Shown: positions 20,958-31,039 of the stretch, piece after piece | How the letters are laid out: each line of letters opens with the position of its first letter | Numbering within the stretch: position 1 is the stretch's first letter | Origin: an uncultured Candidatus Saccharibacteria bacterium | GTDB taxonomy: Bacteria; Patescibacteriota; Minisyncoccia; Minisyncoccales; PEYH01 | Reading direction: 5' to 3' | Length of the DNA stretch: 38,284 nt | Assembly: GCA_964422845.1 (NCBI GenBank) | Contig: CAYRCT010000003.1 | Location: forward strand, 1 to 38,284 | Program-made: the position numbers and the translations under genes | Notes under the pieces: model-generated | Told to the model about the DNA's origin: nothing | Databases searched by the model: none | What the model saw: the letters and a program-made list of their open reading frames with translations, nothing else

Positions 20958-21755
20958 TCAACTAATGTTATCACTGACTGGACCTAATGCCAAATTTAGA
21001 TAAACCGCACTCAAAACCGAAAATACCATTGCCTGCAATCCGCCGACCAGCAATGTTTGAGCAAGCAATAATGACGGCGCTATAAAACTCAAAAAACTTA
21101 TCATAACTACCATTAAAACCTCTCCCGCGAATATGTTTCCAAAAAGACGCAAAGAAAGCGAAATAACTCTAGCAAGCTCGCCCATGACATTAAGTAATCC
21201 CATTGCAAAATCAATAATAGAGAGAAATCCTTGTCCGATGCCTTTCTTAAATCCTAAAAAAACTCTCTTTAATTGAATATATTGACCCAAATGGCCAAAA
21301 AGGCCATTAGATTGAATGCTCGCAAGTTGAGAAAGAAAAACCACTAAAACAGCTAATGCTAAAGTAGTGTTAAAATCAGTTGTTGCTGTTCGGAATAAGG
21401 CAACATCATTAACTTTTATTGCAGTCAATCCAGGTATCAATGTTATTGTATTCAATAATAGAAAAAACACGAAAATGCTTGCTATAATAGAAAATAATTT
21501 TTCCGATCTTTTTCTATCGCTAGTAATCTGATCAAGTAATCCAAACATTGCTTCTATTATAATCTCAAAAAATGTTTGAACCTTACTTTCGGATTTTAAA
21601 TTAATGTGCTTTTTCAAAAAGAATACAAATCCTAACACCAAAACCATGGCCAACCAAGTGGATATCATAGAATTAGTCACTGGCAATCTTCCTATGTGAA
21701 AAACTACACCAGAATATAATTGAGGAATCGGTTCTACTATTTGTAAAAAATTCAT
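20958..21755 (-). CDS. atpB: F0 ATP synthase a subunit
   Basis: SLSLRLFGNIFAGE, LQAMVF. Confidence 0.95.
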   Translation of the reverse strand: MNFLQIVEPIPQLYSGVVFHIGRLPVTNSMISTWLAMVLVLGFVFFLKKHINLKSESKVQTFFEIIIEAMFGLLDQITSDRKRSEKLFSIIASIFVFFLLLNTITLIPGLTAIKVNDVALFRTATTDFNTTLALAVLVVFLSQLASIQSNGLFGHLGQYIQLKRVFLGFKKGIGQGFLSIIDFAMGLLNVMGELARVISLSLRLFGNIFAGEVLMVVMISFLSFIAPSLLLAQTLLVGGLQAMVFSVLSAVYLNLALGPVSDNIS

Positions 21756-21757
21756 AC

Positions 21758-22063
21758 CTATTCTTTCTCTCGTTTAATTGCTTCATCTATTCTCTTAATT
21801 TCTTTATTAAACTTAAAAAATTTAATTAAAATAATTGACCAAGAAAATGCCAATGCCAAAATCATAAAAATAATCATTAATCTTGGATGCATATTTTTTT
21901 CAATTCCGATTTTTTTTCCAAAATATGCTGCCAATAAAACCGGTCCACCGATAATGAAAATCATCTGAAACAAGAACTGAAACGACTGTTTTTGCAATGA
22001 ATGATTTTCTTGAGTCGCCTTTCTTAATCGTTCTTCTCTCTCTTGTGTGTTATCTTTCTTCAT
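21758..22063 (-). CDS. AtpZ/AtpI-like membrane protein heading the atp operon
   Basis: Two TM helices, first gene of the operon. Confidence 0.7.
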   Translation of the reverse strand: MKKDNTQEREERLRKATQENHSLQKQSFQFLFQMIFIIGGPVLLAAYFGKKIGIEKNMHPRLMIIFMILALAFSWSIILIKFFKFNKEIKRIDEAIKREKE

Positions 22064-22278
22064 ATTTTAATTTCTTATTATAAAGATATTGAGTTTTCAT
22101 TGTATACAAATATACTTTTATGTCAACGATATGAGCTATCTTCTAATCAATTTTAAAAAATCACAAACTTTAATTAAAAAATCGCCAAAAAACGATTTTG
22201 TAATTGATAGATTTATTTACAATATTCAATAATCCAATCTTTAAAAAACGGGCGAGGAAAAATACTTTAATTTAAATA

Positions 22279-23397
22279 TTAATCCTTATTTAAAAAATCT
22301 TTATATATTTTTAAAAGTTTGTCAAAAACTTTTTCCCAGGTAAAATCTTTTGAGAATCGTAACGCATTTTTACGCATACGTTGTCTCAATCCATCGTCGT
22401 CTAATAAAATATTTATTTTCTTCTCAAAATCCTGATAATCCCTTGGCTTTGTTAAAAATCCATTATCATTATCTTTAACAAGCGATTTAGATCCGCCAGC
22501 ATTAGCAACAACAGGCACAAGCCCAGAGGCCATTGCTTCTATAGTCACATTTCCGAATGTCTCTGTTGTGGATGGGAAAGCAAATATATCTGAAGAAGCG
22601 TAAATTTGAGAAAATTTAATACCCTCAACATGTCCGAAAAATATCGCTCCCGGCATAAGAGATTCTAATTCTTTCCGTGCTGGTCCATCTCCAGCTATAA
22701 CCATAACAAAATCTTTACGCTTTTGTTTGAGTAAATTATATGCTTTTGATAGTGTGCGGAGATCTTTTTCCCATGTGAGTCTGCAAACGCATAAAATAAT
22801 AAATTTTTTCCCTTGTTTAAGAATTTGATTTCTTAATTTTTCTGAACGAAACGAATCATTAAATTTCTCAAAATCTACTCCCCAAGGAAGAGATATTGCA
22901 TTAGACATTCCATGATCGATTAGTTCTTCGGCGATAACCTCTGAAGGAGTTGTCGTGATTTTCATCTGTCTGTATAACTTTCTTAACGAAAACCAAACAA
23001 GAGGTCTCAAAAAACCAAGATGATAATAGGAAAGATATTTGCAAAAATTAGTATGATGAGTGGCTAAAATTGGAACATTACGCTTTTTAGCATATCTTAA
23101 CGCAGACCAAGCAATAGTGTCTGGACTATGAACATGGATCAAATCTGGCTGAAATTCATCTAATTGTTTCTTAAATTTAGATATGCCGGGTAAAGAAATA
23201 CGATATGCTTTATAAAGCGGGAAGATAATTGACGGTACCTCTATGATCGGAACGGAAGAAATGGAAGCATCTTCTGCCCAACCAGTAACAATGACAGATT
23301 CAATTCCTTTTTTTCTTCCCTCATCAATAAGAGCGAGAAGTACCCTAGTTACTCCATCTTCTTTTTTTAGCGTTCCAATAAAATACGCAATTTTCAT
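22279..23397 (-). CDS. GT4 family glycosyltransferase
   Basis: DGV, HVHSP, EKD, FPSTTETFGNVTIEAMASG (EX7E). Confidence 0.92.
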   Translation of the reverse strand: MKIAYFIGTLKKEDGVTRVLLALIDEGRKKGIESVIVTGWAEDASISSVPIIEVPSIIFPLYKAYRISLPGISKFKKQLDEFQPDLIHVHSPDTIAWSALRYAKKRNVPILATHHTNFCKYLSYYHLGFLRPLVWFSLRKLYRQMKITTTPSEVIAEELIDHGMSNAISLPWGVDFEKFNDSFRSEKLRNQILKQGKKFIILCVCRLTWEKDLRTLSKAYNLLKQKRKDFVMVIAGDGPARKELESLMPGAIFFGHVEGIKFSQIYASSDIFAFPSTTETFGNVTIEAMASGLVPVVANAGGSKSLVKDNDNGFLTKPRDYQDFEKKINILLDDDGLRQRMRKNALRFSKDFTWEKVFDKLLKIYKDFLNKD

Positions 23398-23468
23398 ATA
23401 CTCTATTATAACAAAAAATCGCCCTTCTGGCGATATTTTTTCTATATTCCTTTAATTCAATTTTCTGA

Positions 23469-23537
23469 CTCTTCAATAAAAAGATGAAATCTAGGATAAT
23501 TTGAACCTTAGACAGGTCTGATACAATTAAACTCTCC
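23469..23537 (-). pseudogene. Decayed fragment paralogous to the 24858-25178 gene
   Basis: Translates GEFNCIRPV*GSNYPRFHLFIEE vs EEFNCTRPIGNMGYPRFHVFIRE (25026-25094). Confidence 0.85.
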
Positions 23538-23695
23538 CCTAGTGAAAATACATTTATTAAATTTTATATAATAATTTTAATTTCAAGTGTTCTGAGAAGT
23601 GAAGCGACGAGAATTCTTGCAATGCTGAATTATCTTTCTCAATTAATCTTCCAACTTTTCGCAAAAAAATGATAAAAATCGAAAGAGAACTCACG

Positions 23696-23983
23696 CTATT
23701 TTTGTTCTTTCTCAAATCCAATCTTTTCCTTTGCTGCGGTTTCCATTTTCGAGAGAAGTTGTGTCTCAATTGGACCAAACTTGCCCTCGTATTCACCAAT
23801 ATATTTGCCCAACAGTAAATAAATCCGTTTTGCATGCTTGGGTGATGCGCGGAATTGGCGGCCCTGACCTCCTGAAATCATTAAAAAATCAAAAACTTCT
23901 TGATTAAAACCCACATTAACATTAGACAACGCGTAAAGGGTTGGATCAAGATTTACTCTAATTTGTTTTTTTTCGTTTTCCAT
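23696..23983 (-). CDS. DUF3467-like protein
   Basis: SPKHAKR...L...I..YE..FGPI motif. Confidence 0.7.
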   Translation of the reverse strand: MENEKKQIRVNLDPTLYALSNVNVGFNQEVFDFLMISGGQGRQFRASPKHAKRIYLLLGKYIGEYEGKFGPIETQLLSKMETAAKEKIGFEKEQK

Positions 23984-24085
23984 ATTTTCAAATTTTACTT
24001 ATAAATTAATTGTTCTACTTTTATAAAAATAATAAAAAATTTTAATCTATCCTTTTATTATACTCTATTCTTCTTGAAAATTTAA

Positions 24086-24817
24086 CTAAAGAACTTTTGT
24101 TAAAACGATAAATACAGCTAATCCGACCCCAGCCAAAAAAGCAATCGAAGAATGCTTTTTCTCATACTCTCTTGCCTCGGGTAGAAGGTGAGATGCAGAG
24201 ATATAGATCAATACTCCCGCAACAAATCCCAACATTAATCCAAGTTCTGATTCCTTGATTTTAGAAACAAACGGATAGATTACAAATGCCCCTATCGGAG
24301 TGGTAAGTCCTGCTATAAAAAAAGCGTATACACCAGCAATCTTTTTATTTACACCACCCTTTATTAACATAAGATAAGTTATAACTCCTTCAGCAAATTC
24401 ATGCACCACCAGACCAATACTTACGAGAATCCCAATCAAAATTGAAAATTGAAAAGTCACTGCATAAATGATCCCATCAATAAAAGAATGAATTCCTATT
24501 CCCTCTACCGCAGTTATGCCAAACGCTACTTCCTTTTTTTTAGTATAATATTTTATTAATTTATTGGAAAAAAACATAAACAAAAACCCGAATAATGCGA
24601 ATAATCCTGCATAAACATTTTTCTGAATAGCTTTGGGTAATGTTAAAATCAAAGAACTTGAAATTAACATTCCGGCGGCGAAACACATAAAATAGGATTT
24701 AGATCGCTCTGCCCACTCCCTATATTTTATAATGGCTAAAATACCCAAACCATTTACTACCGCAGCAGCAATAGCAAACATAGACACCCAAATAAAAGTA
24801 TTAGAAAATTCAAACAT
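24086..24817 (-). CDS. ZIP (ZupT) family divalent metal transporter
   Basis: FAAGMLI, HSFIDG, HEFAEG, AGVLIYI..SHLLPEA. Confidence 0.92.
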   Translation of the reverse strand: MFEFSNTFIWVSMFAIAAAVVNGLGILAIIKYREWAERSKSYFMCFAAGMLISSSLILTLPKAIQKNVYAGLFALFGFLFMFFSNKLIKYYTKKKEVAFGITAVEGIGIHSFIDGIIYAVTFQFSILIGILVSIGLVVHEFAEGVITYLMLIKGGVNKKIAGVYAFFIAGLTTPIGAFVIYPFVSKIKESELGLMLGFVAGVLIYISASHLLPEAREYEKKHSSIAFLAGVGLAVFIVLTKVL

Positions 24818-24857
24818 AATTATTAGTTAGTTTTATACCTGCATCCTCAGAGACGAT

Positions 24858-25178
24858 TCACACACTTTGAGATACTTTCCTTAACGATTCTCCAAGAATC
24901 TTTTTTATTCTTTCTGCCTCTTCTTCAACCACTCTGCCCTCGTGTTCTCCGCTATGAGCTCGATTGCCTGAATAAGATGGTTTCTTCTGGTCTAAATGTA
25001 AATTAAAAATAAATTTACCGTTGTCTTCTCTAATGAAAACATGAAACCTAGGATAACCCATGTTCCCGATAGGTCTAGTACAGTTAAATTCCTCGCTGTT
25101 GCCAGGTTTTAATATGTATCCTAATCTCCTGACTAAACTTACGATATTTTTGTTTGGACTCTCAGCGATAAATTTCAT
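24858..25178 (-). CDS. Hypothetical protein (YPRFH / HLDQKKPSY / HSGE motifs)
   Basis: Clean ORF with His-containing motifs; a partial second copy lies nearby. Confidence 0.75.
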   Translation of the reverse strand: MKFIAESPNKNIVSLVRRLGYILKPGNSEEFNCTRPIGNMGYPRFHVFIREDNGKFIFNLHLDQKKPSYSGNRAHSGEHEGRVVEEEAERIKKILGESLRKVSQSV

Positions 25179-25443
25179 ACAGCTAAACTTAATTTTTGAA
25201 TTAATTCTTCGGCTTCTCGTTTTTTAAAACCATCTCTAATCTACCTCGTTTTTAAGAATTTTTCAATAATATAATTAATTAAACTGAAGATTTTTTAAAA
25301 AACAATTCCCTTATAGAATAAAAATTAGAGAATATCCCCAAGTTAAAATATTGACTTTTTCAAATTTTTATAATATAAAGAAAGATAGAAACTTACCTTA
25401 TTAAAGCAGTCGCACCGCTTTATAAAAAGCGGTTTTAATTTCT

Positions 25444-27234
25444 ATGGAAATAAGAAACATTGCAATCATCGCTCATGTTGACCACGGCAAAACAACTCTT
25501 ACTGATGCATTAATGCAACAGACAGGAATGTCAGAAGTCGGAGACAGCATGGATAGCGATGTCCTTGAGAAAGAAAGAGGAATAACAATCTATTCCAAAA
25601 ATACCTCTATCTACTATAAGGATACAAAAATAAATATTGTGGATACTCCAGGCCACGCTGATTTTGGCTCAGAAGTTGAGCGTGTTTTGCGTTCCATAGA
25701 CTCCGTGCTTTTAGTAGTCGATGCCCAAGAGGGTCCTATGCCTCAAACAAAATTTGTTTTAAAGAAATCGCTTGAATTGGGATTAAAACCAATCGTGGTA
25801 ATTAATAAAATAGATAAGCCCGCGGCAATGCCTGATATTGTTCAAGAAATGGTTTATGAACTTTTTCTTAATTTGGAGGCGAATGACGAACAACTTGAAT
25901 TCACTACAATTTATGCAATCGCTAGAGAAGGTATTGCTAAAATAAGCTTGGATGATGAATCTAAAAATTTGACTCCCCTCTTAGATGTAATTTTAAAAGA
26001 GGTGCCGATATCTTCAAATGAAGAAGCTAAAAATAAAGCTCTGCGCATGCAACCATTTAACCTTGCCTATGACAATTTTCTAGGACGACTTGCTATTGGG
26101 AGAATTTACGAGGGAAAAATAAAGAATAATTCTCTGGTAATTATTAAGGATATAGACGGAAAAACTCGTGAAGGTAAAATCACAAAACTGTTTACTTTCG
26201 AAGGATTAAAAAGAAAAGAAATACAAGAAGGCGAAACGGGAGATATCGTAATGACAGCCGGTCTTCCTAATATCTTTATTGGAGAAACTGTTTGTATAGA
26301 CGCAAAGCAAGAATCCTTGCCAGCTATTAGCATTGATGAACCAACAATTTCATTAAATTTATTTATCAATAACTCCCCCTTTGCGGGAAGAGACGGATCA
26401 TACGTGACCAATAGTCAGCTCAAAGAAAGGTTAAAGAAAGAACTAGAGGTTAACGTTGGTTTAAAAATCGATTTTTCTGCTGTTGATTATTATAAAATTT
26501 ACGGTAGAGGCGAAATGCATATTGCAATACTTCTAGAAAATATGCGTCGCGAAGGTTATGAAATGCAGATGTCACAACCACATGTGATTATTAAAGAAAA
26601 AGATAATATAAAATTGGAACCGTTTGAAGAAGTTACTATCAGCGTGCCAAAAGAAATGTCTGGAACTGTTATTAAAAAACTCTCTAGCAGATGCGGTAAA
26701 ATGATTGAGATGATACCCGAACGAGGTGACATAAAAATCATTTTCGAAATTCCAACTAGAGGACTGCTTGGATATCGAAATGAGTTTGTAATTGATACTA
26801 AGGGCGAGGGAATTATCTATACTCAAGTTATTGGGTTTAAACCCTATGTCGGAGATATTAAAAAAAATAATATCGGATCAATGATATCAATGGCAACTGG
26901 AAAATCTCTCGGTTTTTCGCTTTTCAATCTCCAAAATAGAGGGACTTTATATATCAAAGCCGGCGTTGAGGTTTACGAGGGAATGATTATTGGAAATACG
27001 ACAAAAGGACTTGACTTAACCGTAAATCCAACAAAGGGAAAAGAATTGTCAAATATGCGCGCTTCAGGGTCTGACGAGGCTATTACTTTAACCCCACCCA
27101 TGAAATTAACTCTTGAAAAAGGTATGGGAATTATGAATCAAGACGAATATCTAGAGATTACTCCAAATAATATCCGCTTAAGAAAACAATTCTTAAACGA
27201 AAATCAAAGAGTAAAAGCAAGTAGAAACAAATAA
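25444..27234 (+). CDS. typA: Translational GTPase TypA/BipA
   Basis: [50 protein letters not shown]. Confidence 0.97.
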   Translation: MEIRNIAIIAHVDHGKTTLTDALMQQTGMSEVGDSMDSDVLEKERGITIYSKNTSIYYKDTKINIVDTPGHADFGSEVERVLRSIDSVLLVVDAQEGPMPQTKFVLKKSLELGLKPIVVINKIDKPAAMPDIVQEMVYELFLNLEANDEQLEFTTIYAIAREGIAKISLDDESKNLTPLLDVILKEVPISSNEEAKNKALRMQPFNLAYDNFLGRLAIGRIYEGKIKNNSLVIIKDIDGKTREGKITKLFTFEGLKRKEIQEGETGDIVMTAGLPNIFIGETVCIDAKQESLPAISIDEPTISLNLFINNSPFAGRDGSYVTNSQLKERLKKELEVNVGLKIDFSAVDYYKIYGRGEMHIAILLENMRREGYEMQMSQPHVIIKEKDNIKLEPFEEVTISVPKEMSGTVIKKLSSRCGKMIEMIPERGDIKIIFEIPTRGLLGYRNEFVIDTKGEGIIYTQVIGFKPYVGDIKKNNIGSMISMATGKSLGFSLFNLQNRGTLYIKAGVEVYEGMIIGNTTKGLDLTVNPTKGKELSNMRASGSDEAITLTPPMKLTLEKGMGIMNQDEYLEITPNNIRLRKQFLNENQRVKASRNK

Positions 27235-27297
27235 AATCATTCCGAAAAAATAGCCCTGGTCGCTTTGACACAACCAGGACTGTCTGTGTTTGCATTT

Positions 27298-27894
27298 TCA
27301 TCTTCTTGATAGAATCTTCCGAATCAACTCTCTTTGGTCTCGAACATGGCCAAAAATGCTGAGTCCTCCTAAGATAATAGCCAGTATAGTCAGACTAAGA
27401 ATGGTTAAATTGAGCCAGCCCCATCCTTGATACCAGGATTTGGAAAAAACAAGCAGAAAGCCAGCAATAAAACAGTGGCTTCCAAACTTGAACTTACCAA
27501 ACCAATTTGAGCCCAACTTCTGTCCAATTTTCTCCCGATAGTAGAAGCCAGCTGATCCCAGAGCAATCAGTATCATTTCTTCTATCAGAACTGGCACGAA
27601 TATCCACCATAACCGGAAATCCAAGAAGACTATTGTGCATATGAGTGTTGAAGCAATAAGAATCTTGTCTGCAATAGGATCCAAGATTTTGCCGAGATCT
27701 GAAATGATCTTGTTTTTCCTGGCAATCCAGCCATCAATTCCATCGGTGGATGCTGCAACCAAAAAGACTAAAATGCCCTCTATGCGATGACCACTCAATA
27801 TGAGATAAGCCACGAGACCTGACAGAACAATGCGAGACAGTGTAATGTAATTGGCTTTTCCCTGAGGCCAAGCAAGCTGTTTTAATATATCCAT
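27298..27894 (-). CDS. CDP-alcohol phosphatidyltransferase (PgsA-like)
   Basis: NYITLSR, DGIDGWIAR...GKILDPIADK signature; AGGAGG SD. Confidence 0.92.
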   Translation of the reverse strand: MDILKQLAWPQGKANYITLSRIVLSGLVAYLILSGHRIEGILVFLVAASTDGIDGWIARKNKIISDLGKILDPIADKILIASTLICTIVFLDFRLWWIFVPVLIEEMILIALGSAGFYYREKIGQKLGSNWFGKFKFGSHCFIAGFLLVFSKSWYQGWGWLNLTILSLTILAIILGGLSIFGHVRDQRELIRKILSRR

Positions 27895-27993
27895 CAATTA
27901 TACCTCCTATTCAGTTTTAAAAAGATCTAAAAAAGCAAGTATTCTTACTGCTTCAGCTTATAGGTTTTTCTAAAAAAATCAAGCTATTCCACC

Positions 27994-28019
27994 AAAAAAC
28001 CGCCTAAAAAGCGATTTTT
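27994..28019. repeat. Dispersed palindrome family AAAAA(T/C)CGC-N5-7-GCGATTTTT; other copies near 22176, 23413, 28559, 30889, 35914, and one split by the IS at 14359/15435
   Basis: Direct comparison of intergenic sequences. Confidence 0.8.
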
Positions 28020-28321
28020 AATTTTATAAATTTCAGTAAGTAGTATTGTGCATTAAAAAACAAGAAATTAAGCAAAAGTAAATTGATATTGAAAAACAAA
28101 CAAATTTACTTGGACAAATAGAAAAAGACAGTATAATGAAATAACAATCTAATTTGCCTAAACTCTGCGGAGCATGGTAGTAAACCACCATTTAGAGCAA
28201 AAAGTTCGTCATCTCGAAGCGCTCTAGAGGAGAAAAAATTAAAGTAAACTTCTACAAAAACAAATAACTTTTACCTACTAGCTTCCAAAAGGTCACACTA
28301 AAATTAAAGTAATCAATCAAT

Positions 28322-28540
28322 ATGAATTTTTTAATAACTGGATCAATCGGTGGCATCATCTTTGGTTTTATCTGTATGGAAATGGCAAAAAAGAGAGGAA
28401 GGGAAAAATATCTGGGATTTTTAATGGGCTTCCTCTTCGGTATTTTTGCTCCAATAGGTTATCTAATTGCTGGAGATACTTCGAAAAAGAAGGCAGACCT
28501 TATCGCTGATGCGATAGAAAAGAAAAAAATATCTAACTAA
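28322..28540 (+). CDS. Small two-TM membrane protein
   Basis: MAKKRGR...GFLMGFLFGIFAPI; TATAAT promoter about 185 bp upstream; hairpin downstream. Confidence 0.75.
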   Translation: MNFLITGSIGGIIFGFICMEMAKKRGREKYLGFLMGFLFGIFAPIGYLIAGDTSKKKADLIADAIEKKKISN

Positions 28541-28585
28541 AACGACTTGCACTCAATCAAAAAATCGTCATTCTTGACGATTTTT

Positions 28586-28708
28586 TGACCCCTCTCGATT
28601 GCACTAGCGTACTGGACATCGTGGACGATGTTAAAGTTAAGATAAAAATGAATAGTGAGTATTTTTGTGTTCTGAATATAGTTTACTCACCCTCTAACTC
28701 ACTATATT
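28586..28708 (+). repeat. Junction repeat copy (tail module; its left part is shared with 35940-35965)
   Basis: CATCGTGGACGATGTTA...CTCACTATATT aligns with 29557-29653 and 30934-31019. Confidence 0.8.
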
Positions 28709-29403
28709 CAAAAATTGTCTATAATTGTACCTTCAAATTTGTTGCCACTCAGTATCTGTTGAAAATTATCTAAATTTTTCCCTTCGGCAACAATAATCTT
28801 AAGGTTCTCCTTTTGAGCTAAACGGGCAGCCACCGGATCAACTGGACTACTTAATCCCGGGCTCCACTCTGCAGGAATTAATTCTAAGTAATCCTTCCAA
28901 CTTATTCTCTCAAAGGGTTTAGCGTGCTTATCTTTTTCAAGGTCAGCCGTATAAACGTGATCTGGCTTACCAAGAACAATAACCTTTTTTATGTTGAAAT
29001 CGCAAGCAATCTGGCAAGCTACAAAATCAGTAGACCAACCCGGTTTCCAGCCACCTCCAATTATCAAAGAATATTCTCCAAATGATTTAATTCCGAAACG
29101 GTTGTCAAGTACTACTGGATGCGCTTCTTCTTTGAAAAGCGTCCGCACCAAATGGGCATTCAAACGGGTAGCATAAATACCTATCCAATCTTTATCCTCA
29201 CTGCCAACATCTGATATTTTAGAATAAGCATTCTGATACATTCTGGCAATACCTCCTCCACCGATGATTATAACGAACCTAAAACCCTCTTTTATTCTTT
29301 CTTTAATAAAAAAATGAAATTTCTTTAAAAAGTCGATATTAATATCTTTTGGCACTACCACGGAACCTCCTAGATCAATAACAAAATCTTTCTTTTTTGA
29401 CAT
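28708..29403 (-). CDS. pyrH: UMP kinase, archaeal-type
   Basis: LGGS, GGGGIAR, DWIGIYATRLNA, PGWSTD, PVDPVAA, FEGT. Confidence 0.93.
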   Translation of the reverse strand: MSKKKDFVIDLGGSVVVPKDINIDFLKKFHFFIKERIKEGFRFVIIIGGGGIARMYQNAYSKISDVGSEDKDWIGIYATRLNAHLVRTLFKEEAHPVVLDNRFGIKSFGEYSLIIGGGWKPGWSTDFVACQIACDFNIKKVIVLGKPDHVYTADLEKDKHAKPFERISWKDYLELIPAEWSPGLSSPVDPVAARLAQKENLKIIVAEGKNLDNFQQILSGNKFEGTIIDNF

Positions 29404-29417
29404 GTTTTATAATTAAT

Positions 29418-29653
29418 TATTCTATCTTACCAAAATTATCTAAAAAGTTCCATTTCCGCGCTCCCTCCAATTCAAAAACCCTCTGTTCATGAGGGTTTTT
29501 AACATTCGTTGAGGAGATAAGATTCGAATGCTTCCCGTGATGGCTCAAGTTGGCTGGCCATCGTGAACGATGTTAGAACTATAATTCAACAACAAAATGA
29601 TTCTGTTTATATTCCAAATCTAGTTTACCCCACCCCCTGACTTACTATATATT
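29418..29653 (+). repeat. Most complete junction repeat: leader module, hairpin, tRNA T-arm fragment, TGGCTG core and tail
   Basis: 29418-29479 matches 32890-32951 at 52/62 ungapped (hand count); GATTCGAA at 29521; GCTCAAGTTGGCTGGCCA identical at 33013-33030. Confidence 0.85.
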
Positions 29654-29722
29654 ACTTACGAATTAAAAAACTTCGGATATTGTATTTCTCTTTTTTCCTA
29701 AGGAATGAGACGACGTTAGAAC

Positions 29723-30169
29723 CTACCTACAATTAATTGATGTCGATGAACACATATCACCGTTTGCATCAGTTTTTACAAACCCGCTATTATCAACGCA
29801 AAAATATAAACCTAGGCTAGTGTTTAATTCAGCACTTATACAATAATTATTATCATTAGCTTGGCAATGCATATTAAGAAACCCACCCTGAACTTCAGCA
29901 ATATCCTCCTCTAAAGATCTTAGCTTGTCACCATAATCATCTCCTGCATTCTCGTTGAGGGTATCATCTGAACATAATTTTATATAAGATCCATCGTCAA
30001 ACCGAAGTATTTCTGCTTGAGCCTTAGCTTGATTAACATTGAATTTTATCATGGAATCATTGGCACGTAGAGCTGCATCATCTAACTTTGTCTTAGCTAC
30101 GACGATTACGCCTATGACGATCACCAATGTGGCGACTAATAGACCTATAATAACATTCTTCTTATTCAT
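29723..30169 (-). CDS. Type IV pilin-like protein lacking the canonical prepilin cleavage motif
   Basis: N-terminal helix, RANDSMIK..VNQAKAQAE, YCISAEL, FCVDNSG, six Cys. Confidence 0.7.
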   Translation of the reverse strand: MNKKNVIIGLLVATLVIVIGVIVVAKTKLDDAALRANDSMIKFNVNQAKAQAEILRFDDGSYIKLCSDDTLNENAGDDYGDKLRSLEEDIAEVQGGFLNMHCQANDNNYCISAELNTSLGLYFCVDNSGFVKTDANGDMCSSTSINCR

Positions 30170-30242
30170 ATTTTTTAATATTAATATTAATTATCTAATT
30201 CTAACCCAAAAACTCTCGTGAACCAAAGGTCTTTGTTATTTT

Positions 30243-30375
30243 TTGCGGGTCTAGAATTCGAACGCTCCTCGTGCTACGCACGACTTGGTTCCCTTATTGC
30301 GACTCAAAACCCCTTCGGTCACCCTAGCTCGGCCAGAATGCTCGATTTAGACAATGATATTATAACCTATTTTTG
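30243..30375 (+). repeat. Junction repeat copy with tRNA 3'-end-like fragment
   Basis: TTGCGGGTCTAGAATTCGAAC + GCTCCTCGTGCTA (also near 35976 and 37047). Confidence 0.8.
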
Positions 30376-30421
30376 CACAATTTAGACTTATTGTTATCAG
30401 CTATGACTGCTTGGATATATT

Positions 30422-30859
30422 CTAATTAAATACTCTTGGTTGAGTTGTCGATTCGGCTTCAATATCTTGCTTGACGTAAACTCTACTTAAGAAATAAAAC
30501 ATAGCCACTCTGATAACAAAGGCTATTAGCAAAACTATCGACCCTGGCCCAAATGTGCCTGCAAAAAGATTAATGGCTATCCAACAAACTACTAAATAAG
30601 TGGTTGCCAAATTTATTAGCTTCTTTCTGTCTTTTATTATATATGCCTTTCTAATATATCTTGCGGCATACATAACGCCTAGCCAAATGCTAATCACGCT
30701 AAAGATTATAGACAGCACAGTGTCCAATATTCCTTCAGCCATAAATGACGAGACGAGAAAACCATATATAAATGCAGCAACTAAAGGCACGATAAAACCA
30801 GCGGTCAAATAAAAGGTGGCTGCAGCATACCAGATCGAAACTTCTTTTTTTTGTTTCAT
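30422..30859 (-). CDS. Hypothetical four-TM membrane protein
   Basis: Four hydrophobic segments; TGGTATAGT extended -10 upstream. Confidence 0.75.
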   Translation of the reverse strand: MKQKKEVSIWYAAATFYLTAGFIVPLVAAFIYGFLVSSFMAEGILDTVLSIIFSVISIWLGVMYAARYIRKAYIIKDRKKLINLATTYLVVCWIAINLFAGTFGPGSIVLLIAFVIRVAMFYFLSRVYVKQDIEAESTTQPRVFN

Positions 30860-30920
30860 AATTTTATTGTTAATTATTTTACTATACCAAAAAACCGCTC
30901 AAACAGCGATTTTTTAAACA

Positions 30921-31019
30921 GCTCTAGGTATAAGACAACATTAGAACCATAATTCAACGACAAAATGAGCATATTTATATTCCAAATCTATTTTCTTCCA
31001 CTCCTTGACTCACTATATT
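30921..31019 (+). repeat. Junction repeat copy (tail module)
   Basis: TTAGAACCATAATTCAACGACAAAATGA...TTTATATTCCAAATCTA closely matches 29573-29622. Confidence 0.85.
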
Positions 31020-31039
31020 TGAGTAAATATTCATCAGGA

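Noticed and set aside
23557-23835. 92-aa minus-strand ORF
   Set aside because: It overlaps the DUF3467-like gene in another frame and has no recognisable motif.
28150-28185. c-di-GMP-I riboswitch
   Set aside because: Only a GCCTAAAC..ATGGTAG resemblance to one hairpin; the GCAAAC/GNRA/GCAAAG first half is missing.
28585-28773. 62-aa + strand ORF as a real gene
   Set aside because: It consists of a junction repeat copy plus antisense overlap with the pyrH 3' end.
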